From contig NC_043016.1 in NCBI RefSeq assembly GCF_006345805.1, positions 10,850,001 through 10,914,000 on the forward strand: a stretch of DNA of 64,000 nucleotides. Reading direction: 5' to 3'. Positions 11,516 to 27,330 of the stretch are shown piece after piece. The notes under the pieces were generated by a model, which saw only the letters and a program-made list of their open reading frames with translations, did no database searches and had not been told where the DNA came from. A program made the position numbers and the translations under genes. Positions within the stretch are counted from its first letter, which is position 1, and each line of letters opens with the position of its first letter. The stretch comes from Octopus sinensis. Taxonomy: Eukaryota.

Positions 11516-12714
11516 TCATGACTACTTTGCATAATGGCTGAATATTCCATGGTGTTTCTGTATGTTTGTGTGTATCATCAACAACATTTTGATATCTACA
11601 TTTCCATGCAAATATGGTTCGGATGGAATTTGTTGAGGTGGAGTTTCTGTGACCAGATGCCATTGCTGTCACCAGTTCTGTCTTGAAACAATAATATTTT
11701 ATCTTGAAGACGCATGTTTCCATGGAAGATTAGAAAATGAACAACACTGCTTATGTGACAGTGACTCTTGCTTAAAACTAACATATGAAGTCAAGGCAAG
11801 AAAACAGTAAAAAGGCATGTACAAATACCCAACACACACATATACATATCATAATCATTATCATTTAGTGTCCATCTTCCATGCTGGCATGGGTTGGATG
11901 GTTTGACAGGAGCAAGCCAGGTAGAAGACTAACACCAGTCTACTGTATCTGTTTTGGCATGGTTTTTACGGCTGGATACCCTTCCAAATGCCAACCACTT
12001 CACAATGTGGACTGGATGCTTTTTTACATGGCACCAGCACTGACAGGGTCACCAACTAACTTGCAAGACAAGGAATTTTGAGAGGGGATGGGGCATGGGA
12101 TGATGTGATCTTGTGTCAGATGATGAAAGATTAGAGTGTGACAGAGGGGCAGAATGGCAGAAATAGGTGTCTTGCAATAGAGGAGGTACATGGTTACCCA
12201 ACCAAGAGAAAGAGAGAGAGGGAGAGAGAGAGTGGGAGAAGGAAGGAGAGGAAAGAGAGAGTGAGAGAGAGAGAGTGTAAGAGAAAGGTAACAAGAAAGC
12301 AAACAGAAACAGGTGTGCTGCTGTAAAGGAGAGACTGTTACCTAGCCAGAGAGAAGAGCAAGGAGAAATAAAGAGTAATCAAGAATTAGGGCGGAAATAG
12401 GTGTGCAGCAGTAGAGGGGATACACGGTTACCCAGTGTGTGTGTGTGTATGTGCGCGCGCGTGTATGTATGTATATGTATATTATATATTCTTTTATTCT
12501 TTTACTTGTTTCAGTCATTTGATTGTGGCCATGCTGGAGCATTGCCTTAAGGATATTAGTCGAAGAAATGGACCCCAGGACTTATTCTTTGTAAACCTAG
12601 TACATAATCTATTGGTCTCATTTGCCAAACCTCAAAGTTACGGGGACATAAACACACCAGCACTAGTCGTCAAGCGGTGGCAGAGGGGAAAATCACACTC
12701 ACACATAAATAATA

Positions 12715-12755
<41 letters not shown>

Positions 12756-13454
12756 GATATACGATGGGCTTCTTTTAGTTTCTGCCTAACAAATACACTT
12801 ACAGGGGTTTGGTTGGCCTGAGACTATAGTAGAAGACACTTGCTCAAGCAAGGTGCCATGCAGTAGGACTGAACCCAGAACCATGAGGTTGGGAAGCAAG
12901 CTTCTTACCTTACAGCCACACCTTCACCTATATATGTTTTCTTAAAGCTGAAATAAACCTTCCCAAACAGTTACTCAGAGTTTCATTTTACTGTCAGACA
13001 GTTGTGATCTTACTATGAAGATTTTTGTCAGCTTTAATACAAAAGCATATTACTCTACCTTCAGTATCCAAGTACTATTTTTCCCACCTTGTTTTGCATT
13101 TATGTACTTACTCATGTGTGTATATGTGTGTGTGTGTATCACATATATTATATGATTGACCAGACTATCAGATGTTATTATATATTACTTGTCACAATGC
13201 GCTTTGCATCATTTTCTCTTTCAAATGATGCCACACCACTGGCAAGGCAAGCAGGCCAATATTTCCTTATTATCGGAAGGCTAGTTCATCATAATGCAAC
13301 CCATTTACAGATGAGTGAATACGAGCTGTGTGAAATGAAGAGTTTTGCTCAAGAATACATCACACAGTTGGTATGGAAATTGAAACAATGATCTTATGAT
13401 TATGAGTGAACGTGTCTAACCACTAGGCTACATGTGTTCACACACCACACACAC

Positions 13455-13990
13455 ATGCATACGAGACCTTTGGAGATATGCTGCACTTGAGAAGACCCAG
13501 CAAGCCAAGTCAGACTGTAACCATGGCCTATTCCAGTGTTGCATAACCAGCCCATTTAAGTTTACCCTTCAATCATTGGGCAATATGCTATGTTCAAGAA
13601 GACCTGTTCAGTCAAGTGAAATCATTGTTGTGGCTGGTGCCAGTACCACCTGACTGGCACCCATACCGGTGGCATGTGAAAAGCATCATTCAAGCTTGGT
13701 CAATGCCAGTGCCCCCTGACTGGTTTCCATGCTGGTGGCACATAAAAAGCACCATTCGAGTGTGGTCAATGCCAGTGCTGCCTGATTGGCTCCCATGCCA
13801 GTGGCATGTAAAAAGCACCCACTACACTCTCAGAGTGGTTGGTGTTAGGAAGGGCATCCAGATGTAGAAACATTACCATATCAGATTGGAGCCTGATGCA
13901 GCCTCCCAGCTTACCAGTCCTCAGTCAAACCATCCAACCCATGCCAGCATGGAAAGCGGACATTAAACGATGGTGATGACAACGATGATG
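13455..13990 (+). mobile_element. RTE LINE 3' end (ORF C-terminus plus 3' UTR with tandem hairpin units)
   Basis: RDLWRYAALEKTQQAK, then repeated gccagt..actggc / gtggcacgtaaaaagcacc units, then (gat)n tail. Confidence 0.8.
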
Positions 13991-14984
13991 ATATATATAT
14001 ATGTATATATTTACATATACATATACTCATACACTAACCGCTCATCACTTGGCACAAAGTCACCTTCCTCAATACTAGTCCCCACTCATTTAAGGGTGTC
14101 TTGTATGGCAACTTACTTCGTGATGTTACTGCTGTTGGAGCTACAGAAAAAGCACCCAGTACTTTCTGTAAACGGTTGGTGTTAGGAAGGCCATCCAGCC
14201 CAAAAACCATGCCACAGTTTTCTGACTGTCCATCCCAAGCCAGTATGAAAATGAACATTAAATGATGATTCGGAACTTTCCATCTGCCGAACCCATTCAC
14301 AAGGCTTTTGGTCTGCCTGGGGCTATAGCAGAAGACGCCTACCCAAGGTACCACTCAGTGGGATGACTGAAACCAAAACAATGTGGTTTGGAAGCAAGCT
14401 TCATACTACTCCACCATGCCTGTGTCTATTCAATATTCATGATAAATATTATATTTCTGTCATCTTCTCTTGAGGGTATTATTCAAAGACCTGCCAATAT
14501 TTTCCTTGCTTTCTCAGTCTAATCGAGCTAATTCATTCAGCTTTTATTCGAGAGTATTCTAACTTATTACAGAATCCTCAAAAATATTGATATTTATTAT
14601 TACCATATTTTGGCACTTGCTTCTATTTTATGCATTAATCTAATCCATCATTAATATTCCTTCTTAACCTTTCCATGCATCTCTGTCTGTTACATTCCAT
14701 CAAGTTCACCGATTCACAAGTATTTTGCAAATCTGTGTTTGATCTAATATTAGGTCTTTTATCTTTTATGTTATTTTTTTTTTACTTGTTTTGGTCATTG
14801 GACTGTGGCCATGCTGGGGCACCACTTTGACCGCAATACTTAATGGTTTTTTTTTTCAAGTCTCTCTCTTTTGTTGAACTGTTAAGTTACAGGGACATAA
14901 GCAAACCAACACTAGTTGTCAATTGTGGGGGGGACAAACACAAAGACACACACACGTGTGTGTCTGTATGTGTGTGTGTGTGTG

Positions 14985-15640
14985 TAATGTAAGTGTACAT
15001 GCTCAACAGAGTGATAGTGTTTTGAGAGAGAAGTTAGGCATAAGAGGAATTGGTTGCTGTGTGCAAGAGAGGAGACTGCACTGGTTTGGTCATGTGATGC
15101 GGATGGATGCTGATAGTTCCATAAAGAAGTACCAATCTCTCAAAATAGATGGAACACATGGAAGTTGGAGATCCAGGAAGATGTGGGATGAAGTACTGAA
15201 GAACAACCTCAGAACACTGTCAACCTTTTAGGTGAGATGACAAAGGACCAAAGTGTCTGGTGACTTGTACTTAAGGAGACCTGAACTCCACAGAAAAAGT
15301 GTTAAGACCAGTCCTTCAGAACTGGTCTTAACACACTGCCACACAAAAGCACCTATGTGGTGCCACGTAAAAGTGCCTGAGTGGTGACACATGAAGGCGC
15401 CCATGTGGTGCTATGTAAAAGCACCCAAGCATCACCATGCAGAAATGCCCATGCAGTGCCACACAAAATCACCCAGTAGACTCTGTAAAGTGGTTGGCAT
15501 TAGGAAGGGCATCCAACTGTAGAAACCATGCTAGATCAGGTTGGAGTCTGGTGCAGATTCCCAGCTTACCAGTTTTCAGTCAAACCATCCAATCCATAGC
15601 AACATGGACAACGAACACTGAATGACGATAATGATGATAT
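14985..15640 (+). mobile_element. RTE LINE 3' fragment
   Basis: LREKLGIRGIGCCVQERRLHWFGHVMRMD...RSRKMWDEVLK followed by the RTE tail. Confidence 0.85.
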
Positions 15641-15658
15641 TTGTCTGTGGCCGGGTGT

Positions 15659-15695
<37 letters not shown>

Positions 15696-15847
15696 TTATG
15701 TAAGATATAAGTTAGAGGTTATGCAACCATCTAAGGGATAGATGTATCCATAAGCAATCCTGGTGTATTACCTCAGTATGTATGGTCCTCGTTATAAGGT
15801 ATACGGTTGTAGGTAATTTAAGGAATAAACTGTGGTTTAATATATAT

Positions 15848-15991
15848 AGAGACGATAAGAAATGGAGCAATAATTAACAGCGAGAAGTGGATCAATGATG
15901 TTTTAAAGTCATTGCTTAATTAAACAATGACTTTAAAACACCATTGATCCACTTCTCATTGTTAATTATTGCTCCTTTTCTTAGCCTCTCT
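15848..15991. repeat. Near-perfect ~130-bp palindrome centred on TTAATTAA
   Basis: taagaaatggagcaataattaacagcgagaagtggatcaatgatgttttaaagtcattg pairs with 15924-15983. Confidence 0.9.
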
Positions 15992-16254
15992 CTCTCTCTA
16001 TGTATGTATGTATGTACATATGTATATCGTGAATTGTAATGTTAATAAAATGCTGGGTTGGGTTTTTTTATATATATATTTTTCTGCATTTGAATTATCT
16101 GGCATTCTAGTTATTTTTCATTCTATTACTATTAGTTCATTGTCATCTGGGCTATGAAAGGTCTTTGTATATTTTTATTGGTTGTACATGGAGCCAGGGT
16201 CGATTGTTCCATAATATTATTTGTATCCATGTTCAGTCAAGATTCAAATGTTGA

Positions 16255-16420
16255 TTAACCCTTTGGCATTTAAACCAGGTATATGCTGCCCAAATATTCT
16301 CCCTGTTTTGTGTTCAAATTGGCCAGATCAGGCCTTTCACAACTACCATGCAATGTCATTCTGAAAGTAAATAATCACATCATTGAAATCTCAAAGCTAC
16401 AAGATAATGAATGATTAATA
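16255..16420 (+). mobile_element. piggyBac-like MITE fragment; related pieces at 55990-56225 (+) and 62150-62345 (-)
   Basis: Starts TTAACCCTTT; shared aatgtcattct..aaatctcaaagcta..agataatg. Confidence 0.55.
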
Positions 16421-16946
16421 TATACACACACACATATATATATTTCTTTTTCTTTTAATAGTTTCAGTTCAAGAGCTGTGGCCATGCTGGGGCACTGCCA
16501 TTAGTTTCACTTCATACATATATATATATATATATAATGGATCGAATATAGACTTTGGCTGAAAGAGCACAGATCCTGTCCAGATCTAAGATCCCTAACT
16601 CTCTATTGAACTCCAGGTCAGAAATTTTCAGCAGTTGCAAGCATATGTATAAATATATTTTGAAGAATTGGAAAATTCCACCTATTCCTGACTGACTTGA
16701 TATCTTTCCAGCCTTAGCATTTAAGGTCCAAGGAGGATAGCCCTTAGACCTTTTTACCTTTTATTTTTTACATTCTAGTTTCTCTTTTTCATTTTCTGTT
16801 TTTTTTTGTTTTCCATTGTTTACTGTCTGCGTTTTCTATATGCTGCCTTCTGAGTTGTTTCACATTTCTTCTCTTATTCAATTTTTTCAGTTTGTTATGA
16901 TATGTAGTTTGCGCCTGAAGAATATGTTTGAGTATTTCTCAACAGG

Positions 16947-17240
16947 TGGAGGTGCAATGGCCTAGTGGTTAGGGCAGCGGACTCGCGGTCGTAGGATCGC
17001 GGTTTCGATTCCCAGACCGGGCGTTATGAGTGTTTATTGAGCGAAAACACCTAAAAAGCTCCACGAGGCTCCGGCAGGGGGTGGTGATCCCTGCTGTACT
17101 CTTTCACCGCAACTTTCTCTCACTCTTTCTTCTGTTGGCCTGCTCGCTTAGCCAGCGGGGTGGCATCATTCGAAGGCTAAAACAATGCGAACGCATTGTG
17201 ACCAGCGATGTGTAACTACATCTGATGGACTGGTCGGTCA
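16947..17240 (+). mobile_element. tRNA-derived SINE (family E)
   Basis: A-box tggcctagtggttag, B-box-like ggtttcgattccc; same head at 58302. Confidence 0.8.
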
Positions 17241-17369
17241 TTTGATGGTGATGGTGATGGTGATTTCTCAACGTATGAAACTATTAGTAGTGCTTTAATA
17301 CATGTATTGTGACCTTTAAATGAATAATATTTATCTCTCACCAGATGGAGTATATATGTATATATATAT

Positions 17370-17601
17370 ATTTCTTTACTACCCACAAGGGGCTAAACAC
17401 AGAGGAGACAAACAAGGACAGACAAACGGATTAAGTCGATTACATCGACCCCACTGCATAACTGGTACTTAATTTATCGACCCCCGGAAGAATGAAAGGC
17501 AAAGTCGACCTTGGCAGAATTTGAACTCAGAACGTAACGGCAGACGGAATACGGCAACGCATTTTGCCCGGCGTGCTAACGTTTCTGTCAGCTCGCCGCC
17601 T
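17370..17601 (-). mobile_element. SINE family B, full length
   Basis: Complete head ggcggcgagctg to tail aaagaaata. Confidence 0.85.
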
Positions 17602-17696
17602 TCATATATATATTGATAGTAACATGTAATTTGAGGGAGACTTTGCTGCTATTTCTATAATTCTAGCAGGTAGGACTGACAAAATAGAGGCTATCA

Positions 17697-17732
<36 letters not shown>

Positions 17733-17974
17733 TTGACTTATGTTGACTAGGTTGGTTTTAATTGATATTAACAGTGATAGTGGTGTTAGAAGTATTGGGT
17801 GTTGTTGTTGGTGAAACTATTAGGAAATAGTGGTGTTGGTGGTGGTGGTGGCTGTGGAGGGACAGCAGAAATTAGATCATTGATCATTTACTAAATTCAA
17901 TATGGAAATGGGAATTATTGATATTGATGTTCAAAGTAGAAAGTGTCTGCTGACACATTGGGTAGTGTCATTTC

Positions 17975-17996
17975 AATATGATGATCATCATCATCC

Positions 17997-18046
<50 letters not shown>

Positions 18047-18640
18047 GATGATGATGCTGATATTGGTGATGATGATGATGATGGTGGTGGTGATAATGAC
18101 AATGATGATTGTGGGAGTCAGGGCTATGATTGTGATGATAGTGATAATTGTGGGTGGTGGTCATCATTGTTGTCATCATCATCATCACGGTGGTTGTGGT
18201 GTTGTCTAGTGGTAATGATGATGACAACAAAGATGAAAACTAAGATGATGATGACAACGAAGACGATAACAAAGGTGATGATGATGACGACGATGAAGAA
18301 AAGGTTGAAGACAATGAAGATCATGGACATTAGGATAGTGATGGTAATGACGACGGTGACAATGATGATAGTGATGACAACAATATTGATGATGATGGTT
18401 GTAGTGGTGGTGGTGGTGGTGATGATTGTGATTATGATGAATACAGCAATGCAATGATGGTGACAATGCTACTGATGACAATAACAAAAGTAATGATGAT
18501 GATGATGATGAGGAGGAGGAGGAGGAGGAGGAGGAGGAGGAGGAGGGGGAGAAGGAGGAGTGAAAAGGACAAGGAGGAGGAGGACGATGAGGAGGAGGAG
18601 AAAGGAGGAGAACGATGACGATGACAACGATGACAATGTT
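17975..18640. repeat. Compound (AAT)n/(GAT)n/(GGA)n microsatellite
   Basis: Direct reading. Confidence 0.9.
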
Positions 18641-19204
18641 GACAGCACTTATTGGTAATGAGAATAAAGTGTGATGAGAATATATTAGTTAGACACATGA
18701 AGATTTTAATTAGACGTAAAACACATAACGAGAAACTTAGGAAAATCAAATAACCAAATGTTTTTAATGAAATTCCTTCAATGTTTTCCGTTGATTATAG
18801 GTTGGCTCCTGTACAATGACTGGTATTGATTTTATCGAGACTTGGAGGAGGAGGAGGAGGAGGAGGAGGAGGAGGAGGAAGAGGAGGAGGATGAAACTCT
18901 AGGTCAACCTGGGGTGAAGGGAGACAACTGAGAAAGCCATAAAAATTACAAGGTAAATTTGTTTGATGCACCGAATTTTTAGATGTCCAATAGCAACACT
19001 TGTTTGCACACACACAAACATACATCTGCAAAAGCACAGAGATAAACACATACATGAATGCACAACCATGCAAACATAAATACACACACACAACTATGAG
19101 GTTCTGTGATTCATGTTGCATTTCAACTTGGACAAGTGTATTCTGCTAAAGCTTTAGGATGATTGGTAGATTATTTTGCGTGAAGAGCGTCTGTGTGTGT
19201 GTGC

Positions 19205-19260
19205 CCATAGACAGATAGACAGACAGGTAGATGGACAGAATGACAGACACATAGAGAGAA

Positions 19261-19291
<31 letters not shown>

Positions 19292-19416
19292 TAGACAAAT
19301 AGAAAAAGATAGAAAGACAGATGACAGACAGATAGATAGACAGATAGAAAGATAGACAGACAGGCAGATAGATGATAGATAGATAGATAGGTAGATAGAT
19401 AGATAGGTAGATAGAA

Positions 19417-19459
<43 letters not shown>

Positions 19460-19643
19460 TAGACAGGTAGATAGGTAGATAGATAGATAGATAAGTAGAC
19501 AGATAGATAGATAGATAGGTAGATAGGTAGATAGGTAGATAGAGACACACAGACAGATAGATAGACAGACAGGTTGATAGATAGACAGACAGACAGATAG
19601 AGAAAGAAAGATAGACTGAGAGACAGACAGATAGATAGATAGT

Positions 19644-19699
<56 letters not shown>

Positions 19700-19740
19700 G
19701 AGACAGATAAATAGATGTAGATATTTATACACACACACAC
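19205..19740. repeat. (GATA)n/(GACA)n microsatellite
   Basis: Direct reading. Confidence 0.95.
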
Positions 19741-20737
19741 ACCATATTCTCTTAGGCCCAAATCATCAGATCTTTTCAAATTATAGATATCATAAGTGTA
19801 GGTCATTGTAATCTAATTTTTTTCTTTATATGCAATGTGTATCCTATTATCTCCTATCAAGTTATATGTCAAATAGTGTCTCAAAGGACCTGCTTATGTC
19901 CCTATTCATTAATTAAAAGCAATAACGTAAGGAAACTATAAACTTTTAATTATGTAATATATTTTCAATCACAATAATGAAATTTTTTCATCCTGAAATC
20001 TAGGGTAAAAACCTCCCTTCATTCATGGATAACCATAGGATTGCACCTAGAAAGTTCTTCCCTGAGTAAGGTTGTTTATGGAAGACCAGCAGTCACCCAT
20101 GCACACCAACCTCCTCCCCTCTCCACACCACCAATGTTATCCAAGGGAAAGGTAAAGGGGCCGATACAGCTTGGCACCAGTGATGTTGCAACTCATTTCT
20201 ACAGATGAGTGAACTGGAGCAATGTGGAATAAAGTGTCTTGCTCAAGGACACAACACACAGCCCAGTTCAGGAACTGAACTCACTACCACATAATTGTGA
20301 ACCTGATGAGGGAGTGGCTGTGTGGTAAGTAGCTTGCTTACCAACCACATGGTTCCGGGTTCAGTCACCTTGGGTAAGTGTCTTCTACTATAGCCTCGGG
20401 CCGACCAAAGCCTTGTGAGTGGATTTGTGGATTTGCTAGACGGAAACTGAAAGAAGCCTGTCATATATATGTGTGTATATACATGTGTGTGTATATGTTT
20501 GTGTGTCTGTGTTTGTCCCCCCCCCCCAATGTTGCTTGACAATTATTGGTAGTGTGTTTACGTCCCCGTGACCTAGCGGTTCGGCAAAAGAGACCGATAG
20601 AATATGTACTAAGCTTACAAAGAATAAATCCTGGGGTAGATTTGCTCGACTAAAGGCGGTCACAGTCAAATGACCAAAATAAGTAAAACAAGAGTGAAAG
20701 AGCACCTTCACCTGAAATCTAGGGATGTGTAAAATGT

Positions 20738-21177
20738 CTTTGAAGTACAATACCTATTTCTTTATTGCCTACAAGGGGCTAAACACAGAGGGGACAAACA
20801 AGGACAGACATGGGTATTAAGTCGATTACATCGACCCCAGTGCGTAACTGGTACTTAATTTATCGACCCCCGAAAGGATGAAAGGCAAAGTCGACCTCGG
20901 CGGAATTTGAACTCACAACGTAACGACGGACGAAATACTGCTAAGCATTTCACCCGGCGCGATAACGTTTCTGCTCCAGTTCACTCATTTGTAGAAATGA
21001 GTTATGATATCACTGGTGCCAAGCTGTGTCGGCCCCTTTGCCTTTCCCTTGGATAACAATAGAGGCGGCGAGCTGGCAGAAACGTTATCGCGCCGGGCGA
21101 AATACTTAGCAGTATTTCGTCCGTCGTTACGTTGTGAGTTCAAATTCCGCCGAGGTCGACTTTGAAGTACAATACCT
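20738..21177. mobile_element. Family-B SINE with inverted head duplication and a captured SINE fragment, flanked by an 18-bp direct repeat
   Basis: ctttgaagtacaatacct at 20738 and 21160; arms 20886-20974 and 21076-21164. Confidence 0.8.
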
Positions 21178-21504
21178 GCCTGCTGCTAACTCAAGAGTGC
21201 TCAGCTTGAATTGAGGTTTGGCCTGAGTATGTTTGTTAGTTTGTGTCAAAGTTGTGGTACTGCAAGGTGAGGATTCTTTGCTTGATTTCAATGTTATTAG
21301 TTTTTCCTTCTCAGAATTTACATCGTTAATACGTAACTGAGACATTCTGGTGGAACCTTGGGCTCAAATGGGACAGATTTGTTAATCAGATGAGATACTA
21401 GGACAGAGATCCTTGAAACCGTCACTGTCCCTGCCAAACTAAGATATATGGTATGCTTGTAGACATATAGATGTGTGTGTGTGTGTGTGTGTGATGATGA
21501 TGAT

Positions 21505-22800
21505 GATGATCATCATCATCATCATTTAGCATCCATTTTTCATGCTGGCATAAGTTAGGCGGTTTTACTGAAACTGGTAAGCTGGAGAGCTATACCAGGC
21601 TCCAGACTATTTTGGCTTGGTTTCCACAGATGGATGCCCTTCCTAATGCCAACCACTCCATAGAGTATACTGGGTGTCTTTTATAAGTCATGGGCCCAAG
21701 AGCCTGTAATGTGTCACCAGCACGAGTGTCTTTTATTTTCGTCACACCAGTGCAAGTGCCTTTTACATGTCACTGGCAAGGGTGCACCACATGTGTCACT
21801 GGCACAGGTGCCTTTCACGTGTCACCAGCACTGGCAACAACTATAATTTCACTAAACTTGACATGGCTTCTCAAGTGCAGCAAATTGTCAAAAGTCCCGG
21901 TCACTTGTCATTGCTTCCATTAGATTCAACATCCAAAGATCCTTTCTCACCCCACATCTTCTTGGGTCTATCCCTTCCACAGGTTCCCTCCACAATTAGA
22001 GCTTAATACTTCTTTACACAGCTCTCCTCATCCACACACATCCCATGACCATACCAGTGCAGTCTTCTCTCTTGCACACAACATCTGATGCCTCTTATAC
22101 ACAATTTTTCTCTTAAGATGCTTACATTCTGTCATATGTCCATTCTTTTATTCTTTTATGTTTCAGTCATTTCACTGCAGCCATGCTGGAGCACCACTTT
22201 TAGTCAAGCAAATCGACCCCAGAAATTATTCTTTGTAAGCCTAGTACTTATTCTACTGGTCATTTTTGCCGAATCACTAAGTTACGGGGATGTAAACACA
22301 CTAGCATCAGTTAAGCGATGTTGAGGTACAAACACAGACTCACACACACACACACATATATACATACGATGGGCTTCTTACAGTTTCCGTCTACCAAATC
22401 CACTTATAAGGCTTTCGTCAGCCTAAGGCTATAGTAGAAGACACTTGGCCAACCATGTGGTTGGTAAGCAAGCTACTTACTACACAGCCACTCCTGTGCA
22501 AATCCAGCAGAACCTTTCAAGCCTTTGCATGTCCTCTGCAGTCACAGCCCATGTTTCACTACCATGTAGCATGGCTGTTTGCACACAGGCATCATATAGT
22601 CTGCCTTTCACTCTGAAGGAGAGGCCCTTTTTTACTAACAAAAGTAGAAGCTTTCTGAACTTTGCCTAGCCTCTTCTTATTCTAGCAGCTATCCTTTCAG
22701 ATCATCCTCCTCCACTGCTGATTTGGTCACCTAGGTAATGGAAGCTACCTATAACTTCTAAATATTCCCCCGGGCATTTGACAACGTCTGTTCTCTGTAG
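21505..22800 (-). mobile_element. RTE LINE 3' fragment interrupted by a family-A SINE (22145-22500)
   Basis: Minus-strand translation SFHYLGDQISSGGG...RVKGRLYDACVQTAMLHGSETWAVTAEDMQRLER and QERRLHWYGH; tail at 21505-21660. Confidence 0.85.
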
Positions 22801-23634
22801 TTTCCTAGTGTTTATTGTACCTACACATCAGCCAAACACTGTATAAAAATATGTAATGTACATGTGTGTGTGTGTGTACACGTATGTGTGTGTGTGTGGT
22901 AATAATGATGATGAAGACAATATATGTTATCCAGAGTGCTCTTGGCATCAAAGGTTATTTGCTATCTTGCATTTGCTAGACTTTGGGACTCTAGTAGTCT
23001 GCAATAGATACAGCTCATTTTCAGCAAAACATGGATGCTTGCCAAATAACAAAGAATGGTCCTCCATGTGAAATTAGCATTTCTATGGAAACCTACCTAA
23101 AGTGATCAATGAGATCAGTGTACAATGTCTCCGTGTATCAGATCAATGTAGGTGATACCAGGGAGAAGACGAATCAAAGCTTGTGTTCTGAGATCCACGG
23201 CACGGTACTTGGAAGCATGGAAAATGTTATCTCACATTTACTGACACAGGATCAAAATGCCTGATAAAATGGTTTTGTCTCCAAGGACTGGGTGGGAAAG
23301 TGAAAGTAAGTAAAATAGACTGGATTACCATAAAATGATGCCTTAACAAAAGGTACAATGTGCTGCCCAGTATGAGAATTGAACCCGTTACCTTACAGAC
23401 ATGAGTTAAACAGTCTAATCATGAGTCTTGGCACCTTTGCAAATGGTTAAAAAGTTAAAGAGATTATAACTAATGATATGGAGAAAATGTGTGTAAAGAG
23501 ATTTTCCCAGGGAAATGTGTGTGTGTGTATCAATGGGGTTTTCTAAGTCAAATATCATATTGGAAGATGTAAATGGATTTTGAAGACATGATTGAATGGA
23601 ATGTAAAAGCAAAAGAAAAAGAGACAAGAGAAAA

Positions 23635-24870
<1,236 letters not shown>

Positions 24871-25710
24871 CAAGAAAGATTTAAAAATTGAAAGAGTATG
24901 AAGTTAAAGAGAGAGGGTGATAAAAAGGGTAGGAGAGAAAGAGGAGGAGATGGGAAGATGAGAAAAAGAAGTGTGAATAATGGAAGGCATTATATAGAAT
25001 GTTGATAGAAAGTACGTAAACATGGATGGAAGCTCAATAGAGATTTATATAATTAAGTTGGAAGTGTTGCTCAATTTTATCTGCTTCAAGGAACAGACAT
25101 TGTCAAGTAAACTGTCCAGAAAAGCATGTGATACGATGATGGGGACGGTGGCGATGATGGCGACGGCGATGATGGCGAGGGAGATGGGCGATATGACGTG
25201 CTGTGTGTGTGTGTGTGTGTGTACGTGGGTGATGTGTGTACGTGGGTGATGTGTGTACGTGTATGTGTGTGTGTGTGTGTGATGTGTGTGTACGCGCGTG
25301 TGTGTTACATAGAAGGTGTGTGTTTGTGTGTGTGTGCGTGCGTGATGTGTGTGTACGCGCGTGTGTGTGTGTGTGTGTTACATAGGTGTGTGTGCGTGCG
25401 TGATGTGTGTGTACGCGCGTGTGTTACATAGGTGTGGGTGTATGTGTGTGCGTGATGTGTATATACGCGCGCGTGTGTGTTACATAGAAGTAGACAGCGG
25501 GAACTAGAGAAAGAGAGAGAGAGGGAGTAGTCGTTGTAGAGAGTAAGACGGCTAGATATACTATAAGTAAAGGTGTTGTGGTTGGAAGAGGTTGATAGAG
25601 AGAGAGAGAGAGACAGAGGGGAGATGAGAGAGAAAGGAGAGAGATAAAAAGTCTGACAGACTGAGAAATAGATGAAGCGTAGAGATAGTGAGAGAGAAAG
25701 AGTCAGAGAC

Positions 25711-25741
<31 letters not shown>

Positions 25742-26529
25742 AGGCGACAACCATTGAATGTGAGAATGTGTGTGTTTAAGCATGTCTTTGCGTGTTGTAT
25801 GCAAGTGTGTGTCTGTATATATATATATATATATAATATATATATATATGTGTGTGTGTGTGTTGTGTGCGTGTGTCTGTGTAGAGGACAGAGATAAACT
25901 GAGAGTAAGAGGGAGAGAGACATGGAGAGAGAGAGGGAGCTATAAAGATAAGGGGAGTAGAGAGAGAATGAGGAGACAGACAGAAAGATAGACCAGCGAG
26001 GGGAGATAGTGGAAAAGAGAGGGAGGCATACAGACCCACACACACACACATATGTAAATGTATGTGTTCATGTGTGTGCATGTGAGTGTGTGGTATATTG
26101 TGTGTAACTATGTGTGTTGTGTGTGTGTGTGTGTGGAGTGGAGAAAGGAAGTAATGAAGTAAAATGATGGCGCTTCTAAGCCATGGAAATATTGTTCTGA
26201 GAGAGATGTTAAGACATGGGAAGACCATATAAAGAAAGACACTGTTTGCTCTCAATCAGTCAGGCAGAACTTTCAACTGAATCGAAATCAAAGGAACATC
26301 CCAAGAACTTAAAGTTTTACGACCATAAACACACACACACACACACATACATACATATATATACATATATATATATATAACATATATATATATATATACA
26401 TATATATATATGCATATATATATACATATATATATACATTATATATACATACATACTACATACATATATATATACATATATATATACATATATATATACA
26501 TATATATATAACATATATATATACATACA

Positions 26530-26616
<87 letters not shown>

Positions 26617-26914
26617 TGTGTGTGTGTGTGTGTGTGTATATATGTGTGTGTGTGTGATTCACATTATTAAGCAGAAAAATAACTGTTCAGTGTTTGTTTA
26701 TTATTTTGAGTGTTTTTTTAATATTTTTTGTTTTTTAATATTCTTATTTAAGGGAGTTCAATGACGATGATAATATTTGGTCAGGAAACAGCATTTTTCT
26801 AGATTCATAAAGAAATTTTATGTAAAAAATAAAACTATTGAAGTAAAAGAAAAATTGTTGTTCAAATGAAAAGAAGTCTTTTGTTTGTTTTTATATTTAT
26901 GCAAATATTATCAT

Positions 26915-27330
26915 CATAATAATGATAATCATCATCACCACCACCACCATCGCTTCCATCATCATCATCACCATCACTGCCACCACCACCATCGCTTCCA
27001 TCATCATCATCACCATCACTGCCACCACCACCATCGCTTCCATCATCATCGTCATCATCACCATCATCACTGCCGCCACCACCATCGCCACCATCATCAT
27101 CACCATCATCATCATCACCACCACCACAACCATCACCACCATCACTTACATCATCATCATCGTCATCATCACCATCATCATCATCACACCACCACCACCA
27201 CCATCACTTCCATCATCATCGTCATCACCATCATCATCATCACTGCCACCACCACCATCGCTTCCATCACCATCATCACTACCACCACCACCATCACCTC
27301 TATCCTCATCAGCATCATCATCATCAGTTT
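26915..27330. repeat. (CAT/CAC)n with 42-bp higher-order unit
   Basis: ccaccaccatcgcttccatcatcatcatcaccatcactgcca repeated. Confidence 0.9.

Noticed and set aside
16947-17030. tRNA gene
   Set aside because: A/B boxes belong to a SINE head continuing into repeat body; no proper cloverleaf or terminator
21127-21345. Minus-strand ORF MSQLRINDVNSEKEKL... ending at a GCAG|GTATTG donor-like site
   Set aside because: Available acceptors give stops or the wrong phase for the phase-1 host intron; the donor lies within the 18-bp direct repeat
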